A stretch of DNA of 64,000 bases, from the NCBI GenBank assembly GCA_035526335.1, contig DATLCN010000026.1, positions 14,765 through 78,764 on the forward strand, in the 5' to 3' direction. The DNA is from Acidimicrobiales bacterium. GTDB taxonomy: Bacteria > Actinomycetota > Acidimicrobiia > Acidimicrobiales > GCA-2861595. The notes under the pieces were generated by a model. The model was not told the DNA's origin and ran no database searches. It saw only the letters and a program-made list of their open reading frames with translations. A program made the translations under genes and the position numbers. Positions 37,110 through 46,254 of the stretch are shown in pieces (the stretch's first letter is position 1; the number at the start of each line of letters is the position of its first letter).

Positions 37110-37818
37110 GGCGCAGCCGGCGGAAGCCCTCGGCGTAGCGCACGCCCGCGGCCCGCCCGGCGTCCTCGGCCCGCTGGCGGACCACCTGGCGGAGCCACTC
37201 TCCCGTCTCGGACAGCTGGCTCTCGTGGCACAGCAGCGCCTCCGCCTTCACCTCCACGAAGTCGGAGATGTCGACCAGGACGTCGGGCTCCAGTGTGCCC
37301 GAGAGGAAGACGGCTTCCACGTGGTGCGGTGGGCCCTGGTCGGGGAAGTAGTGGGGGCTGGCGGCGGCAGGCACCACCGCGTCGAGCGTCGCCCAGCCGA
37401 CCTCACGGTGGTCCCGGTGGTTGAAGTACCGGCCACCGAAGAACACGGCGGTGGGATCCGGGCAGGCCACCACATCGGGCCGCAGGAGGCGGATGAGCCG
37501 CACGAGCTGGGCCCTGAACCGGGCGTCGTTGTCGATCTCCCCGTCCGGATGGCCGAGCAGGTGGTGTCCGGCCAGCCCCAGTACCCCGCTGGCCGCGGCA
37601 GCCTCGAGGGTCCGGCGCCCGGCCAGCTCGGCGGGGTCGGCGGCCGGGTCGGAGGAGCCCTTGTCGCCCGAGGTGCAGATCACCACGTGGACCTCGGCTC
37701 CCGCCGCCGCCCACCGGGCCATGGTGCCCCCGCAGGAGACGTCGGCGTCGTCGGGATGGGCGTACACGGCCATCGCCCGGGCCGGCGCGTCCTCCACCAT
37801 CTCCACCGGCTCGGCCAT
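37099..37818 (-). CDS. PIG-L/LmbE-family N-acetylglucosaminyl deacetylase
   Basis: AMAVYAHPDDADVSCGGTMA ... HRDH ... ALLCHESQ, which includes the AHPDD zinc-binding motif of the PIG-L family. Confidence 0.8.
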   Translation of the reverse strand: MAEPVEMVEDAPARAMAVYAHPDDADVSCGGTMARWAAAGAEVHVVICTSGDKGSSDPAADPAELAGRRTLEAAAASGVLGLAGHHLLGHPDGEIDNDARFRAQLVRLIRLLRPDVVACPDPTAVFFGGRYFNHRDHREVGWATLDAVVPAAASPHYFPDQGPPHHVEAVFLSGTLEPDVLVDISDFVEVKAEALLCHESQLSETGEWLRQVVRQRAEDAGRAAGVRYAEGFRRLRLTG

Positions 37819-37831
37819 CTCCCGCCGAACT

Positions 37832-38875
37832 CTAGGGGGCTGTCGCCAGCGCCTTGACCGCCCGCTCCACACCGGCGTCGTCGACGTCGTGGTGGGTGAC
37901 CAGGCGGAGAACGCCCGGCGCGATCGCGCCGGCCAGGACGCCCTCGGCCCGCAGGTGTCCGATCACCGCCGGCGGGTCGGGATGGCACCACGTCACGATG
38001 TTGGTGAGGGGCCGGGCTTCGCCGGCGACCGGCCTCGGATCACCGCCGTCGTCGGGCCAGCGGTCAACCACGGCCTCGGCCAGCCGCCGGGCCCGCTCGT
38101 GGTCCTCGACCAGTCGTTGCACCATGGTGCGGAGAGCGACAAGACCGGCGGCGGCCATGACGCCGGCCTGGCGCATCCCCCCGCCCATGCGCTGGCGCTC
38201 GACGCGGGCATCGGCCATGACCTCTGCCGGGCCCCCGAGCATCGAGCCCACCGGAGCGCAGAGGCCCTTGGAGAGGCAGCACATCACGGTGGTCGCCGCC
38301 GCGCAGTACTCCGCCGCCGGCGTTCCGGTGGCGACCTCGGCGTTGAACAACCGGGCACCGTCGATGTGGAGCGGCAGGTTGGCCGCGGCCCGGCGCACGG
38401 CCCGCAACTCGTCGATGGACCATGCGGTGCCGCCCGCCGCCATGTGGGTGTTCTCGACGCACACCAGCCCGGGGCGGGTCTCGTCGTCCTCGGCCGATCG
38501 AGCCGCCTCGACCGCCCACGCCACGTACACGGGCAGGATCGTGCCCTGCTCGTCCGGCACGCCGTGGAACCGGGCCACGTGCCCACCCCCCGCCCCCTGC
38601 TCGTAGAGCACGACGTGCTGGCGGGCCCCCGCGATCACGGTGGTGCCCGGCTCGGTGAGCACCCGGAGCGCTATCTGGTTGCCCATCACCCCACTGGGCA
38701 CGAAGAGCGCCGCCTCCACCCCGACCCGCTCCGCGAAGGCATCCTGCAGCGCGTTGACGGTCGGGTCCTCCCCGTACACGTCGTCGCCCACCTCGGCGCC
38801 GGCCATGGCCCGGCGCATCTCGGGAGTGGGGCGGGTGACGGTGTCCGATCGCAGGTCCACGAATCCACCGTCCAC
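37832..38875 (-). CDS. ltaE: low-specificity L-threonine aldolase (beta-eliminating lyase fold)
   Basis: [34 protein letters not shown]...ENTH...[12 protein letters not shown] (PLP lysine). GTG 38875 is preferred over the track start 38911, which would overlap the divergent IMPase gene. Confidence 0.85.
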   Translation of the reverse strand: MDGGFVDLRSDTVTRPTPEMRRAMAGAEVGDDVYGEDPTVNALQDAFAERVGVEAALFVPSGVMGNQIALRVLTEPGTTVIAGARQHVVLYEQGAGGGHVARFHGVPDEQGTILPVYVAWAVEAARSAEDDETRPGLVCVENTHMAAGGTAWSIDELRAVRRAAANLPLHIDGARLFNAEVATGTPAAEYCAAATTVMCCLSKGLCAPVGSMLGGPAEVMADARVERQRMGGGMRQAGVMAAAGLVALRTMVQRLVEDHERARRLAEAVVDRWPDDGGDPRPVAGEARPLTNIVTWCHPDPPAVIGHLRAEGVLAGAIAPGVLRLVTHHDVDDAGVERAVKALATAP

Positions 38876-38896
38876 GCCACAGGGTAGACACTTCGG

Positions 38897-39712
38897 GTGC
38901 CAGACCTGCATGACCTGTCAGAGCCGCCTGCGGGACCGGAGCCCTCCGGGCTGGCCGACCTCGCAATTGAGGCCGCCCACGCCGCCGGCGCCCTCCTTCT
39001 CGACGGCGCTTCCCGCCTGCGCACCCTGGTCGAGACCAAGACGACCGCCACCGACATGGTCACCGAGATGGACAGGGCGAGCGAGGACCTCATCGCCGGC
39101 CTCATCCTCGGCGCCCGGCCCGGTGACGCCTTCCTGGGCGAGGAGGGCACCGTCGGCAGCGGCACCACCGGCGTGCGTTGGGTGGTCGACCCGCTCGACG
39201 GAACGACCAACTACCTCTACGGATTCCCCTCGTGGGCCGTGTCCATCGGTGCCGAGATCGACGACGAGCCGGCGGTGGGCGTGGTGTTCGATCCCTTCCA
39301 CGCCGAGACCTATCGCGCCGTGCGGGGCCAGGGCGCGTGGTGCAACGGGGAGCCGATACATGTGTCGGGGGCTCCCGACCTGGCCACGGCGATGGTCGCC
39401 ACGGGGTTCGGCTACGACGCGGCCATGCGGGCCCAGCAGGCACAGATCGTGGCCCGCCTGCTCCCGTCGGTGCGGGACATGCGCCGGGCCGGTGCGGCCT
39501 CCGTCGACCTCTGCTGGCTGGCCCGGGGCCGGGTGGACATCTACTACGAGCGCGGCCTGCAGCCCTGGGACCGCGCCGCCGGCGCCCTGGTGGCCAGCGA
39601 GGCGGGTGCGGCGGTGGAGACTCTGGAGAACGGCACCATCGTGGCCACGTCGCCGCGGCTGATGGGCCCTTTCCTCGAGCTGCTCCTCTCCGCCGGCGGC
39701 GGCGCCCCCTAG
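38897..39712 (+). CDS. inositol monophosphatase-family protein
   Basis: [18 protein letters not shown] and [10 protein letters not shown] are IMPase/SuhB-family motifs. Confidence 0.85.
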   Translation: MPDLHDLSEPPAGPEPSGLADLAIEAAHAAGALLLDGASRLRTLVETKTTATDMVTEMDRASEDLIAGLILGARPGDAFLGEEGTVGSGTTGVRWVVDPLDGTTNYLYGFPSWAVSIGAEIDDEPAVGVVFDPFHAETYRAVRGQGAWCNGEPIHVSGAPDLATAMVATGFGYDAAMRAQQAQIVARLLPSVRDMRRAGAASVDLCWLARGRVDIYYERGLQPWDRAAGALVASEAGAAVETLENGTIVATSPRLMGPFLELLLSAGGGAP

Positions 39713-39720
39713 TTCGGCCC

Positions 39721-40752
39721 CTACCCGAAGAAGGGCTGGGCGACGTGGCCGAGCAGGGCCCGGTCCACCGTCTTGAGCTCGCCCACGGCGTCGGCCAGGG
39801 ACACCAGGACGATGTCGCCGGCCTGGAGGGCCACCATCTGGCCGAAGGCGCCCTCGTGGACCGCCTCGCTGGCGGCGATCCCGAAGCGGGTGGCCAGGAC
39901 CCGGTCGAAGGCGGTGGGAGTGCCGCCCCGCTGGATGTGCCCGAGGATGGTGACGCGGGTCTCGAAGCCGGTGCGGTTCTCGATCTCGGTGGCCACCAGG
40001 TTGCCCACCCCGCCCAGGCGGACGTGGCCGAACTGGTCGACCTCGCCCGTCTGCAGGGCGAGGGTTCCCTCCTTGGGAGCGGCACCCTCGGCCACCACGA
40101 CGATGGTGGCGTAGCGGCCTCGGCCGTGGCGGGCCTTGATGCGCTCGGCCACCTCGGCGATGTCGAAAGGCTCCTCGGGAATGAGGATCTCCGCCGCGCC
40201 GCCGGCGATGCCGGCGTAGGTGGCGATCCACCCCGCGTGACGGCCCATCACCTCGCACACCATCACCCGGTCGTGGGACTCGGCGGTGGTGTGGAGCCGG
40301 TCGATGGCGTCGACGCAGATCTGTACGGCGGTGTGGAAGCCGAAAGTGAGCTCGGTGGCGGACAGGTCGTTGTCGATGGTCTTGGGGACCCCGACGACGT
40401 CGATGCCCTCCTTCCACAACTTGTGGGCCACGCCCAGGGTGTCCTCGCCGCCGATGGCCACCAGGGCGTCGATCTCCTGGGAGGCCAGGTTCGCCTTCAC
40501 CGCCTCGACGCCGCCGTCGACCTTGTAGGGGTTAGTCCTCGACGAACCGAGGATGGTGCCGCCCCTAGGGAGTATTCCGCGACAACGCTCCACATCGAGG
40601 GGTAGCGTCTTCCCCTCGATGACGCCCCGCCAGCCGTCGGTGAACCCGACGAGCTCATCGCCGAAGTGGCGCTCACCCTTGCGCACGAGAGCCCGGATGA
40701 CGGCGTTCAGCCCCGGGCAGTCGCCCCCACCGGTCAGTACTCCTACGCGCAT
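39721..40752 (-). CDS. pfkA: 6-phosphofructokinase (ATP- or PPi-dependent, actinobacterial type)
   Basis: MRVGVLTGGGDCPGLNAVIR, IGGEDTL, PKTIDNDL, MGRHAGW and GHIQRGG. ATG 40752 is preferred; the track start GTG 40761 is the alternative. Confidence 0.9.
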   Translation of the reverse strand: MRVGVLTGGGDCPGLNAVIRALVRKGERHFGDELVGFTDGWRGVIEGKTLPLDVERCRGILPRGGTILGSSRTNPYKVDGGVEAVKANLASQEIDALVAIGGEDTLGVAHKLWKEGIDVVGVPKTIDNDLSATELTFGFHTAVQICVDAIDRLHTTAESHDRVMVCEVMGRHAGWIATYAGIAGGAAEILIPEEPFDIAEVAERIKARHGRGRYATIVVVAEGAAPKEGTLALQTGEVDQFGHVRLGGVGNLVATEIENRTGFETRVTILGHIQRGGTPTAFDRVLATRFGIAASEAVHEGAFGQMVALQAGDIVLVSLADAVGELKTVDRALLGHVAQPFFG

Positions 40753-40818
40753 GGCCTCCACCTCTCGCTGGCGAGGAACAACTCAAGCCTGCCCGTACCC
40801 CGCCGAGGAACTCTACTG

Positions 40819-41982
40819 ATGCGCGCCGGTGACCAAACCACGCACGCGGCGCGTCCCGGTTCACGGTTCGCCGACGCCTCCCGCCGGCCCTCGGCCGCGC
40901 AACCGGTCTCTTCCCGGCCCCGGCGTGGCACCCGGCCCCGGCGTGGCACCCTGGCCCTGCTCTCCGCGGGCCTGTCGCTGGTCACGATGGTCCCCACCGC
41001 GGCGGGCGCCGCGTCCACGGCGACGGCGGCCGACAAGGCCCGGGAGCGCCGCAGCGCCCTCCTGCTCCAGGCAGCCGAGCTCACCGACCGGCTGGAGGAT
41101 GTCCAGGCCGGCGTGGTGGCCGCGCAGATGCAGCGCTCCAGGGCCGCCGGTGCGCTGGCCCGGCTCCGCATCCGGATGAGGGCCCGCGCCGTGAACGCCT
41201 ACATGACCGGCACCGGCGCCGCCGTCGCCGCCATGGCCGCCCCCCGTGCCTACCTCGAGGTGGCGGCGGCCAAGGAACGACGTCTCGTGTCCGGCTACCA
41301 GGCGGCGGCCAGCGAAGCCGGCGTCCGTCAGAGGCGGGCCGAATCGGTGCGCGGTGACCTACGCCAGGCGACGGCACAGCTGAGCGCCATCGAGGCCGAG
41401 CTGGATGCGGTGATCGCCGTCGACGACGCACGTCGGGCCGAAGAGCAACGGCGGGCGGACAACGCCCGCCGCGCCGCCCTGGCCAGGCAGGCTGCGGCGC
41501 GGGCGCGGGCGCGGGTCGTCCTGCCCTCGGGCGGCACCGCCTCGCCGGGCGGCTATGCGCCGAGCCCACTGGACCCCGACGCCCTCCTCATGCGCCACAA
41601 GCTGGCAACCGAGCGCCAGCTCGCCCTCATGCGCCGGATCGCCTTCGGGCCCGTCGCCGCCGGTGCTCCCCTGCCGAACGGGCTACGCCCGACAGGCGGC
41701 CGGGTGGACGGCTTGGCCTCGTGGTACGGCCCCGGCTTCAACGGGAGACCCACCGCCAGTGGCGCCATCTACGACCAGGAGGGTTGGACGGTGGCGAGCA
41801 AGGAACTGCCGCTCGGGACCTGGCTGGTGGTCCGCCGCGGTGAGCAGCGCGTGCTGCTGCTGGTCAACGACCGTGGTCCCTACGTCGAGGGTCGGGTGCT
41901 CGACCTCAGCGCGGCGGCGGCACGAACCCTCGGAGCCGGCGGCGTGTTCCCGGTGTCGGCCGAGGTGGTGGCTGCGGGCTGA
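40819..41982 (+). CDS. RlpA-family (DPBB double-psi beta-barrel) protein with an N-terminal coiled-coil region
   Basis: The C-terminus reads GLASWYGPGFNGRPTASGAIYDQEGWTVASKELPLGTWLVVR...VNDRGPYVEGRVLDLS. The N-terminus has a basic tail, a TM/signal segment and a long coiled-coil. ATG 40819 was chosen; the upstream part of the track ORF overlaps pfkA. Confidence 0.8.
   Translation: MRAGDQTTHAARPGSRFADASRRPSAAQPVSSRPRRGTRPRRGTLALLSAGLSLVTMVPTAAGAASTATAADKARERRSALLLQAAELTDRLEDVQAGVVAAQMQRSRAAGALARLRIRMRARAVNAYMTGTGAAVAAMAAPRAYLEVAAAKERRLVSGYQAAASEAGVRQRRAESVRGDLRQATAQLSAIEAELDAVIAVDDARRAEEQRRADNARRAALARQAAARARARVVLPSGGTASPGGYAPSPLDPDALLMRHKLATERQLALMRRIAFGPVAAGAPLPNGLRPTGGRVDGLASWYGPGFNGRPTASGAIYDQEGWTVASKELPLGTWLVVRRGEQRVLLLVNDRGPYVEGRVLDLSAAAARTLGAGGVFPVSAEVVAAG
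40913..40948. repeat. perfect 18-bp tandem duplication inside the RlpA-like gene (encodes RPRRGT x2)
   Basis: CCCGGCCCCGGCGTGGCA x2 (40913..40930 and 40931..40948). Confidence 0.9.
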
Positions 41983-42029
41983 GAGGGCAACCTGACGGGG
42001 GTGCTGGCCTGAGCGCAGGCGGGTGGCGG

Positions 42030-42518
42030 CTAGGCCGCCGGCGGGTCCGGCCGGCGCTTGGGCTCGGTGGACTTGGTGAGCAGGCCGACCTCGCGCTCGA
42101 AGTCACCGACGTCCTCGAAACCCTTGTAGACGCTGGCAAAGCGGAGATATGCGACATCGTCCAGCATGCGAAGCCGGTCGAGCACGGCTAGACCGACCTG
42201 CTGGCTCGTGAGCTCCTGGGTGCCCTCGAGGCGCAGGGCATCTTCTACCTCGACGGCCAGCGAGTCCAGCTGCTCGGTGACCACAGGGCGGTTCTTGGTG
42301 GCCGCCCTCAGCCCGGCCACGATCTTGGCCCGCTCGAAGGGCTCGCGCAGCCCGGAGCGCTTCAACACGACCATCGACAGCTCCTCTATGCGCTCGAAGG
42401 TGGTGAAGCGCTGCCCGCACGCCAGGCACTCGCGCCGCCGGCGGATGGCCGCACCCTCGTCGGCCATACGGGAGTCGACGACCTTGTCGTCGCTGGTCGA
42501 GCACGACGGGCAACGCAC
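42030..42518 (-). CDS. nrdR: ribonucleotide reductase transcriptional repressor NrdR
   Basis: From GTG 42518 the protein reads (M)RCPSCSTSDDKVVDSR...RRRECLACGQRFTTFE (zinc ribbon), followed by an ATP-cone. Confidence 0.95.
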   Translation of the reverse strand: MRCPSCSTSDDKVVDSRMADEGAAIRRRRECLACGQRFTTFERIEELSMVVLKRSGLREPFERAKIVAGLRAATKNRPVVTEQLDSLAVEVEDALRLEGTQELTSQQVGLAVLDRLRMLDDVAYLRFASVYKGFEDVGDFEREVGLLTKSTEPKRRPDPPAA

Positions 42519-42560
42519 CCCACAAAGATACGGCACAAGTCGGATCAGCGAGATGGGCCT

Positions 42561-42908
42561 CTACGGCAGAGGTATGCGCTGGCCCGGACGCAGTCCCCCG
42601 CCGGCGGTGTGGGCGAGCCGGTCGACCAGAGGCCGCAGGTCGCCATCCGGCTGAAGGCCCCTGGCCACCGACCACAAGGTGTCGCCCGGCTGCACCACGT
42701 AGGACCTCGAGGCGACCGGGGCGAAACCGCTCGCCGCGGGCAAGCCCGCGGCCGGTACGGAGCCGGGGCTGGGGGCGGTCCGGGAGGCCGACCCGCCCAG
42801 CACGCCGGCGAGGGACAACCACGCCGCCAGCAGCAGCACGGTGAGCAGGGTCCCTGCCAGCGTGTGCCGGCGGTGCGGCTCCAGGATCGGATGTGGGGTG
42901 CGGTTCAT
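42561..42908 (-). CDS. LysM-domain membrane protein (ChiZ/Rv2719c-like position)
   Basis: MNRTPHP..., TM helix LAGTLLTVLLLAAWLSLAGVL, then a LysM-like segment (YVVQPGDTLWSVARGL). It sits between nrdR and a divergent lexA, as does the mycobacterial SOS-induced chiZ. Confidence 0.7.
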   Translation of the reverse strand: MNRTPHPILEPHRRHTLAGTLLTVLLLAAWLSLAGVLGGSASRTAPSPGSVPAAGLPAASGFAPVASRSYVVQPGDTLWSVARGLQPDGDLRPLVDRLAHTAGGGLRPGQRIPLP

Positions 42909-42965
42909 CTGGTTGCCCGTCTCTCGGATCTCACGCCACCAGACTGCCCGGTGGGTGTGACAACC

Positions 42966-42977
42966 AAACGTATGTTC
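42966..42977. promoter_or_regulatory. SOS-box-like site A (AAACgtatGTTC = GAACatacGTTT on the other strand)
   Basis: Lies in the lexA / LysM-gene divergent intergenic region. Fits the Gram-positive/actinobacterial GAAC-N4-GTTC Cheo-box pattern with one mismatch. The extended form GAACAnAyGTTTG is shared with site B and the recA site. Confidence 0.55.
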
Positions 42978-43005
42978 CCCGACGCCACCTGTCAAGGCCG
43001 ATGAC

Positions 43006-43017
43006 GAACAGATGTTT
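43006..43017. promoter_or_regulatory. SOS-box-like site B (GAACagatGTTT)
   Basis: The context is cGAACAGATGTTTGc, nearly identical to the recA-upstream site cGAACAGACGTTTGg. Confidence 0.6.
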
Positions 43018-43044
43018 GCGGACTCCGACCATAGCCGATAGTCT

Positions 43045-43056
43045 GAACGCACGTTC
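43045..43056. promoter_or_regulatory. SOS box C (perfect GAACgcacGTTC, extended to ctGAACGCACGTTCGAg)
   Basis: A perfect palindromic GAAC-N4-GTTC that ends 15 nt upstream of the lexA ATG, the classical autoregulation position. Confidence 0.7.
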
Positions 43057-43071
43057 GAGAAAGGGGCCGAC

Positions 43072-43749
43072 ATGGCCGGCACGCCAGGCACACCAGACAC
43101 CACCGAGCAGCGGGGCCAGGGCGAGGTGCTCACCGGGAAGCGCCGGGAGATCCTCGATTTCATCGCCGGCGAGCTGAAGCAGCGGGGTTACCCGCCTTCG
43201 GTGAGGGAGATCGGCGAGGCCGTCGGGCTGGCCTCCTCCTCCACCGTCCACGCCCATCTGGCCACGCTCCAGCGCCAGGGCTTCCTTCGGCGCGACCCCA
43301 CCAAGCCGAGGGCCATCGAGGTCCGCTACGACCAGGCCTCCGGCGCCGCCATCGAGCGCCGGCCCACCCAGCACGTCCCTCTCGTGGGCGATGTCGCCGC
43401 CGGCGCCAACGTGCTGGCCCAGGAGAACGTGGAGGAGCTCCTGCCCCTCCCCGCCGATTTCACCGGCGAGGGACCGCTGTTCATGCTGCGGGTACGGGGG
43501 GATTCGATGATCGACGCCGGCATTCTCGAGGGGGACTACGTCGTGGTCCACCAGCAGCCGGAGGCCAGCAAGGGCGACATCGTCGTGGCCGGCATCCCCG
43601 GCGAGGAGGCCACCGTGAAGACGTTCACCCGCAAGGGCGCCAAGGTCGTGCTGGTACCGGCGAATCCGCTGCTGTCACCTATGGAGCTCGACGCGGGAGA
43701 GGTGACCATCTACGGCAAGGTCGTCACCGTGATGCGCCGGCTCCGCTGA
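43072..43749 (+). CDS. lexA: SOS repressor LexA
   Basis: A winged-helix N-terminus (YPPSVREIGEAVGLASSSTVHAHL), the cleavage site VAAG, and the S24 peptidase core (RVRGDSMIDAGI ... VKTF) with the Ser/Lys dyad. Confidence 0.95.
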   Translation: MAGTPGTPDTTEQRGQGEVLTGKRREILDFIAGELKQRGYPPSVREIGEAVGLASSSTVHAHLATLQRQGFLRRDPTKPRAIEVRYDQASGAAIERRPTQHVPLVGDVAAGANVLAQENVEELLPLPADFTGEGPLFMLRVRGDSMIDAGILEGDYVVVHQQPEASKGDIVVAGIPGEEATVKTFTRKGAKVVLVPANPLLSPMELDAGEVTIYGKVVTVMRRLR

Positions 43750-43798
43750 TAACCACCTACCTGAGCACCGAACGCGGTGGGAGGCGGAAAGAGGGACA

Positions 43799-45148
43799 AT
43801 GGGCGCCATGCCCCCGCGCTTCCGGCTCCTCGTCTCCGCCGTCCTGACCCTCGCGCTGATGGTCGTCGCCCGGCCGGCGACCGCCATCGCCGACCCGCGG
43901 CTCCCCGAACAGTGGGGGCTGGCCGCCATCGGCGCCCCCGCCGCGTGGTCCGTGGGTACGGGCAATGGCGTCACCATCGCCGTTGTCGACACCGGCGCCG
44001 ACTTCGGGCACGAGGACCTGGGGCCGAAGCTCCTCCCCGGCCGCAACTTCGTCGAGCCGGGCGCGCCGCCCCAGGACGACCAGGGCCACGGCAGTCACGT
44101 GGCCGGCATCGCGGCCGCGGCCACCGGCAACGGAGTGGGCGTCGCCGGCGTGGCCCCGGGAGCCAGGATCCTGCCGGTCAAGGTGCTCGACTCGGGCGGG
44201 AGCGGTTCGGTGGCCGTGATCTCCGATGGCATCCGCTGGGCGGCCGCGAACGGGGCGCAGGTCATCAACCTGTCCCTCGGCCCCAATGCCGTTCTCGCCA
44301 CCCTCTTCGGATCCGGCTTGGAGGACGCGGTCAACGATGCCTGGAACATGGGCTCGGTGGTCGTCATCGCGGCCGGCAACGACTTCCTCTTCAGCTCGTC
44401 CTACTCCACCGTCAACGCCGTCATCGTCACCTCAACCACCCGTGAGGACCGGCTGGCCAGCTCCTACGCCAGCGCCGTCGGTTCGGCCAAGTGGGGCATC
44501 GCCGCGCCCGGTGGGGCGGGCGGATCCAGCGCCGCCGACGACATCCTGTCGTCCTACTGGAGGGCGGGAGCGAGAAACTCCTATGAGTTCCTCGCCGGCA
44601 CCTCCATGGCCACGCCCCACGTGGCCGGCGCCGCCGCCGTGCTCCGCGGTCTGGGTCTGAGCCCACAGCAGACGGTGGACCGGCTGCTGGCCACGGCCAA
44701 GGACCTCGGATCGCCGGGCCGGGACAGCACCTACGGCGCCGGCCGCCTCGACCTCGCCGCGGCCGTCGCCGCGGTCGCCCCCCCTGCGGTGCCCCCGGCC
44801 ACCACTCCGCCCGGCCGTGTCGCCAGCCCGGCACCCGCCCCGGCACCCAAGACCCCGGCGGCGCCAGTGGCTCCCAGGCCCGCACCCACGCCTGTGGGCG
44901 TCCAGCAGCCCGCCACCACGGTGCCGTCGCCGGCAGAGGTGGCGGCCCCTGCCACCGGCACCCCCGCTTCGCCGCCGGCGCCGGCAGAGGTGGCCGCACC
45001 GCTGCCGGGCAGCCAGAAGCGAGCCTCCTCCAACACCGGAGACCATGACGACGGGCGCCCTTGGCTTCCCCTTGGAGGCGCCACTGTCACCCTGGCCGGC
45101 TCGGGCTTGGCTCTGCTCTGGGTTCAGCGACGCTTCGGCTGGGCCTGA
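43799..45148 (+). CDS. S8 (subtilisin-family) serine protease with signal peptide, Pro-rich stalk and C-terminal TM anchor
   Basis: Catalytic triad contexts VAVVDTGAD, GHGSHVAGI and GTSMATPHVAG. The C-terminus is ...ATVTLAGSGLALLWVQRRFGWA. Confidence 0.85.
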   Translation: MGAMPPRFRLLVSAVLTLALMVVARPATAIADPRLPEQWGLAAIGAPAAWSVGTGNGVTIAVVDTGADFGHEDLGPKLLPGRNFVEPGAPPQDDQGHGSHVAGIAAAATGNGVGVAGVAPGARILPVKVLDSGGSGSVAVISDGIRWAAANGAQVINLSLGPNAVLATLFGSGLEDAVNDAWNMGSVVVIAAGNDFLFSSSYSTVNAVIVTSTTREDRLASSYASAVGSAKWGIAAPGGAGGSSAADDILSSYWRAGARNSYEFLAGTSMATPHVAGAAAVLRGLGLSPQQTVDRLLATAKDLGSPGRDSTYGAGRLDLAAAVAAVAPPAVPPATTPPGRVASPAPAPAPKTPAAPVAPRPAPTPVGVQQPATTVPSPAEVAAPATGTPASPPAPAEVAAPLPGSQKRASSNTGDHDDGRPWLPLGGATVTLAGSGLALLWVQRRFGWA

Positions 45149-46254
45149 TCGGCCCGTAGTTCCACCGGACTCAACCCGGGTACCGTGGTCACCAGCGCCA
45201 CCAGTGCCGCGTACACCTTGTCCAGCTCCCAACGCTCTACCCGCTCGTCGGCGGCATGGGCGAGGGAAGGATCACCCGGGCCGAAGTTGGTCGCCGGCAC
45301 ACCCCGGGCGGCGAAGAACGAGACGTCGGTCCAACCCAGCTTCGCCCTCGGAGTGGTTTTGGCGGCGGTGACGAGGTGCGCCAGTAGGGGGTGGGTCAGT
45401 CCGGGCAGCGCGCCCTGGGCGGCGTCGACCAGCTCGACCCTGTCGCCATGGTCCTCGTCGACCGCGTCCCCCAGCAGCTCGCGCACGTGAGCCACGGCGT
45501 CCTCCACCGACCGATCGGGAGCGAAGCGGTGGTTGAGCACCACCCGCGCCTCGTCGGGCACCACGTTGCCGGCCACTCCGCCCTCGACGTGGACGGCCTG
45601 GATGGCCTCGGCGAACTCGCAGCCGTCGAGCACGGGGCGCCGGCCCGTGTAGGAAGCGCAATGGTCGAGTACCGGAGCGAGCCGGTGGATGGCGTTGCGT
45701 CCCTTCCACGGTCTCGCCGTGTGGGCCCGTTGCCCGGCCAGGGTCAGCTCCAGCCGGAGAGTTCCCTGGCATCCTGCTTCGATGGCTGCCGCGGTGGGTT
45801 CACCGAGCACGGCCGCATCGGCCTCCAGCAGGTCCGGGCGCTCGCCGGCGAGGGTACGCAGGCCGCTGAACCGGGACGCCACCTCCTCGCACTCGTAGAA
45901 CACGTAGGTGAGATCGAGAGCCGGCTCGGCGATGGTGCGGGCCAGTTCCAGGAAGACGGCGCAGCCGGCTTTCATGTCGGCCGCCCCTAGCCCCCAGCAG
46001 ACGTCGCCCACGATGCGGGCCTTCTCGTTCCCGTTGGCCGGCACCGTGTCGAGGTGGCCGGCGAGGACGAGACGGCTCGAGCGTCCGAGGTGGGTCCGGG
46101 CCACGACGTTGTCAGCGACCCGTTCCACCTCGAGCCACGGCACCGCCCCCAGGACCGCCTCCACGTGATCGGCCAGCGCCTTCTCGTGGTGGCTCACTGA
46201 CGGGATGTCGACCAATTGGGCGGTGAGCGCGAGCAGGTCTGCCACAGGCGTCAC
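45124..46254 (-). CDS. dapE: succinyl-diaminopimelate desuccinylase (M20 peptidase)
   Basis: LVDIPSVSHHE, LAGHLDTVP and GLGAADMKAG. The GTG start overlaps the dapD stop (GTGA). Confidence 0.85.
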   Translation of the reverse strand: MTPVADLLALTAQLVDIPSVSHHEKALADHVEAVLGAVPWLEVERVADNVVARTHLGRSSRLVLAGHLDTVPANGNEKARIVGDVCWGLGAADMKAGCAVFLELARTIAEPALDLTYVFYECEEVASRFSGLRTLAGERPDLLEADAAVLGEPTAAAIEAGCQGTLRLELTLAGQRAHTARPWKGRNAIHRLAPVLDHCASYTGRRPVLDGCEFAEAIQAVHVEGGVAGNVVPDEARVVLNHRFAPDRSVEDAVAHVRELLGDAVDEDHGDRVELVDAAQGALPGLTHPLLAHLVTAAKTTPRAKLGWTDVSFFAARGVPATNFGPGDPSLAHAADERVERWELDKVYAALVALVTTVPGLSPVELRADQAQPKRR

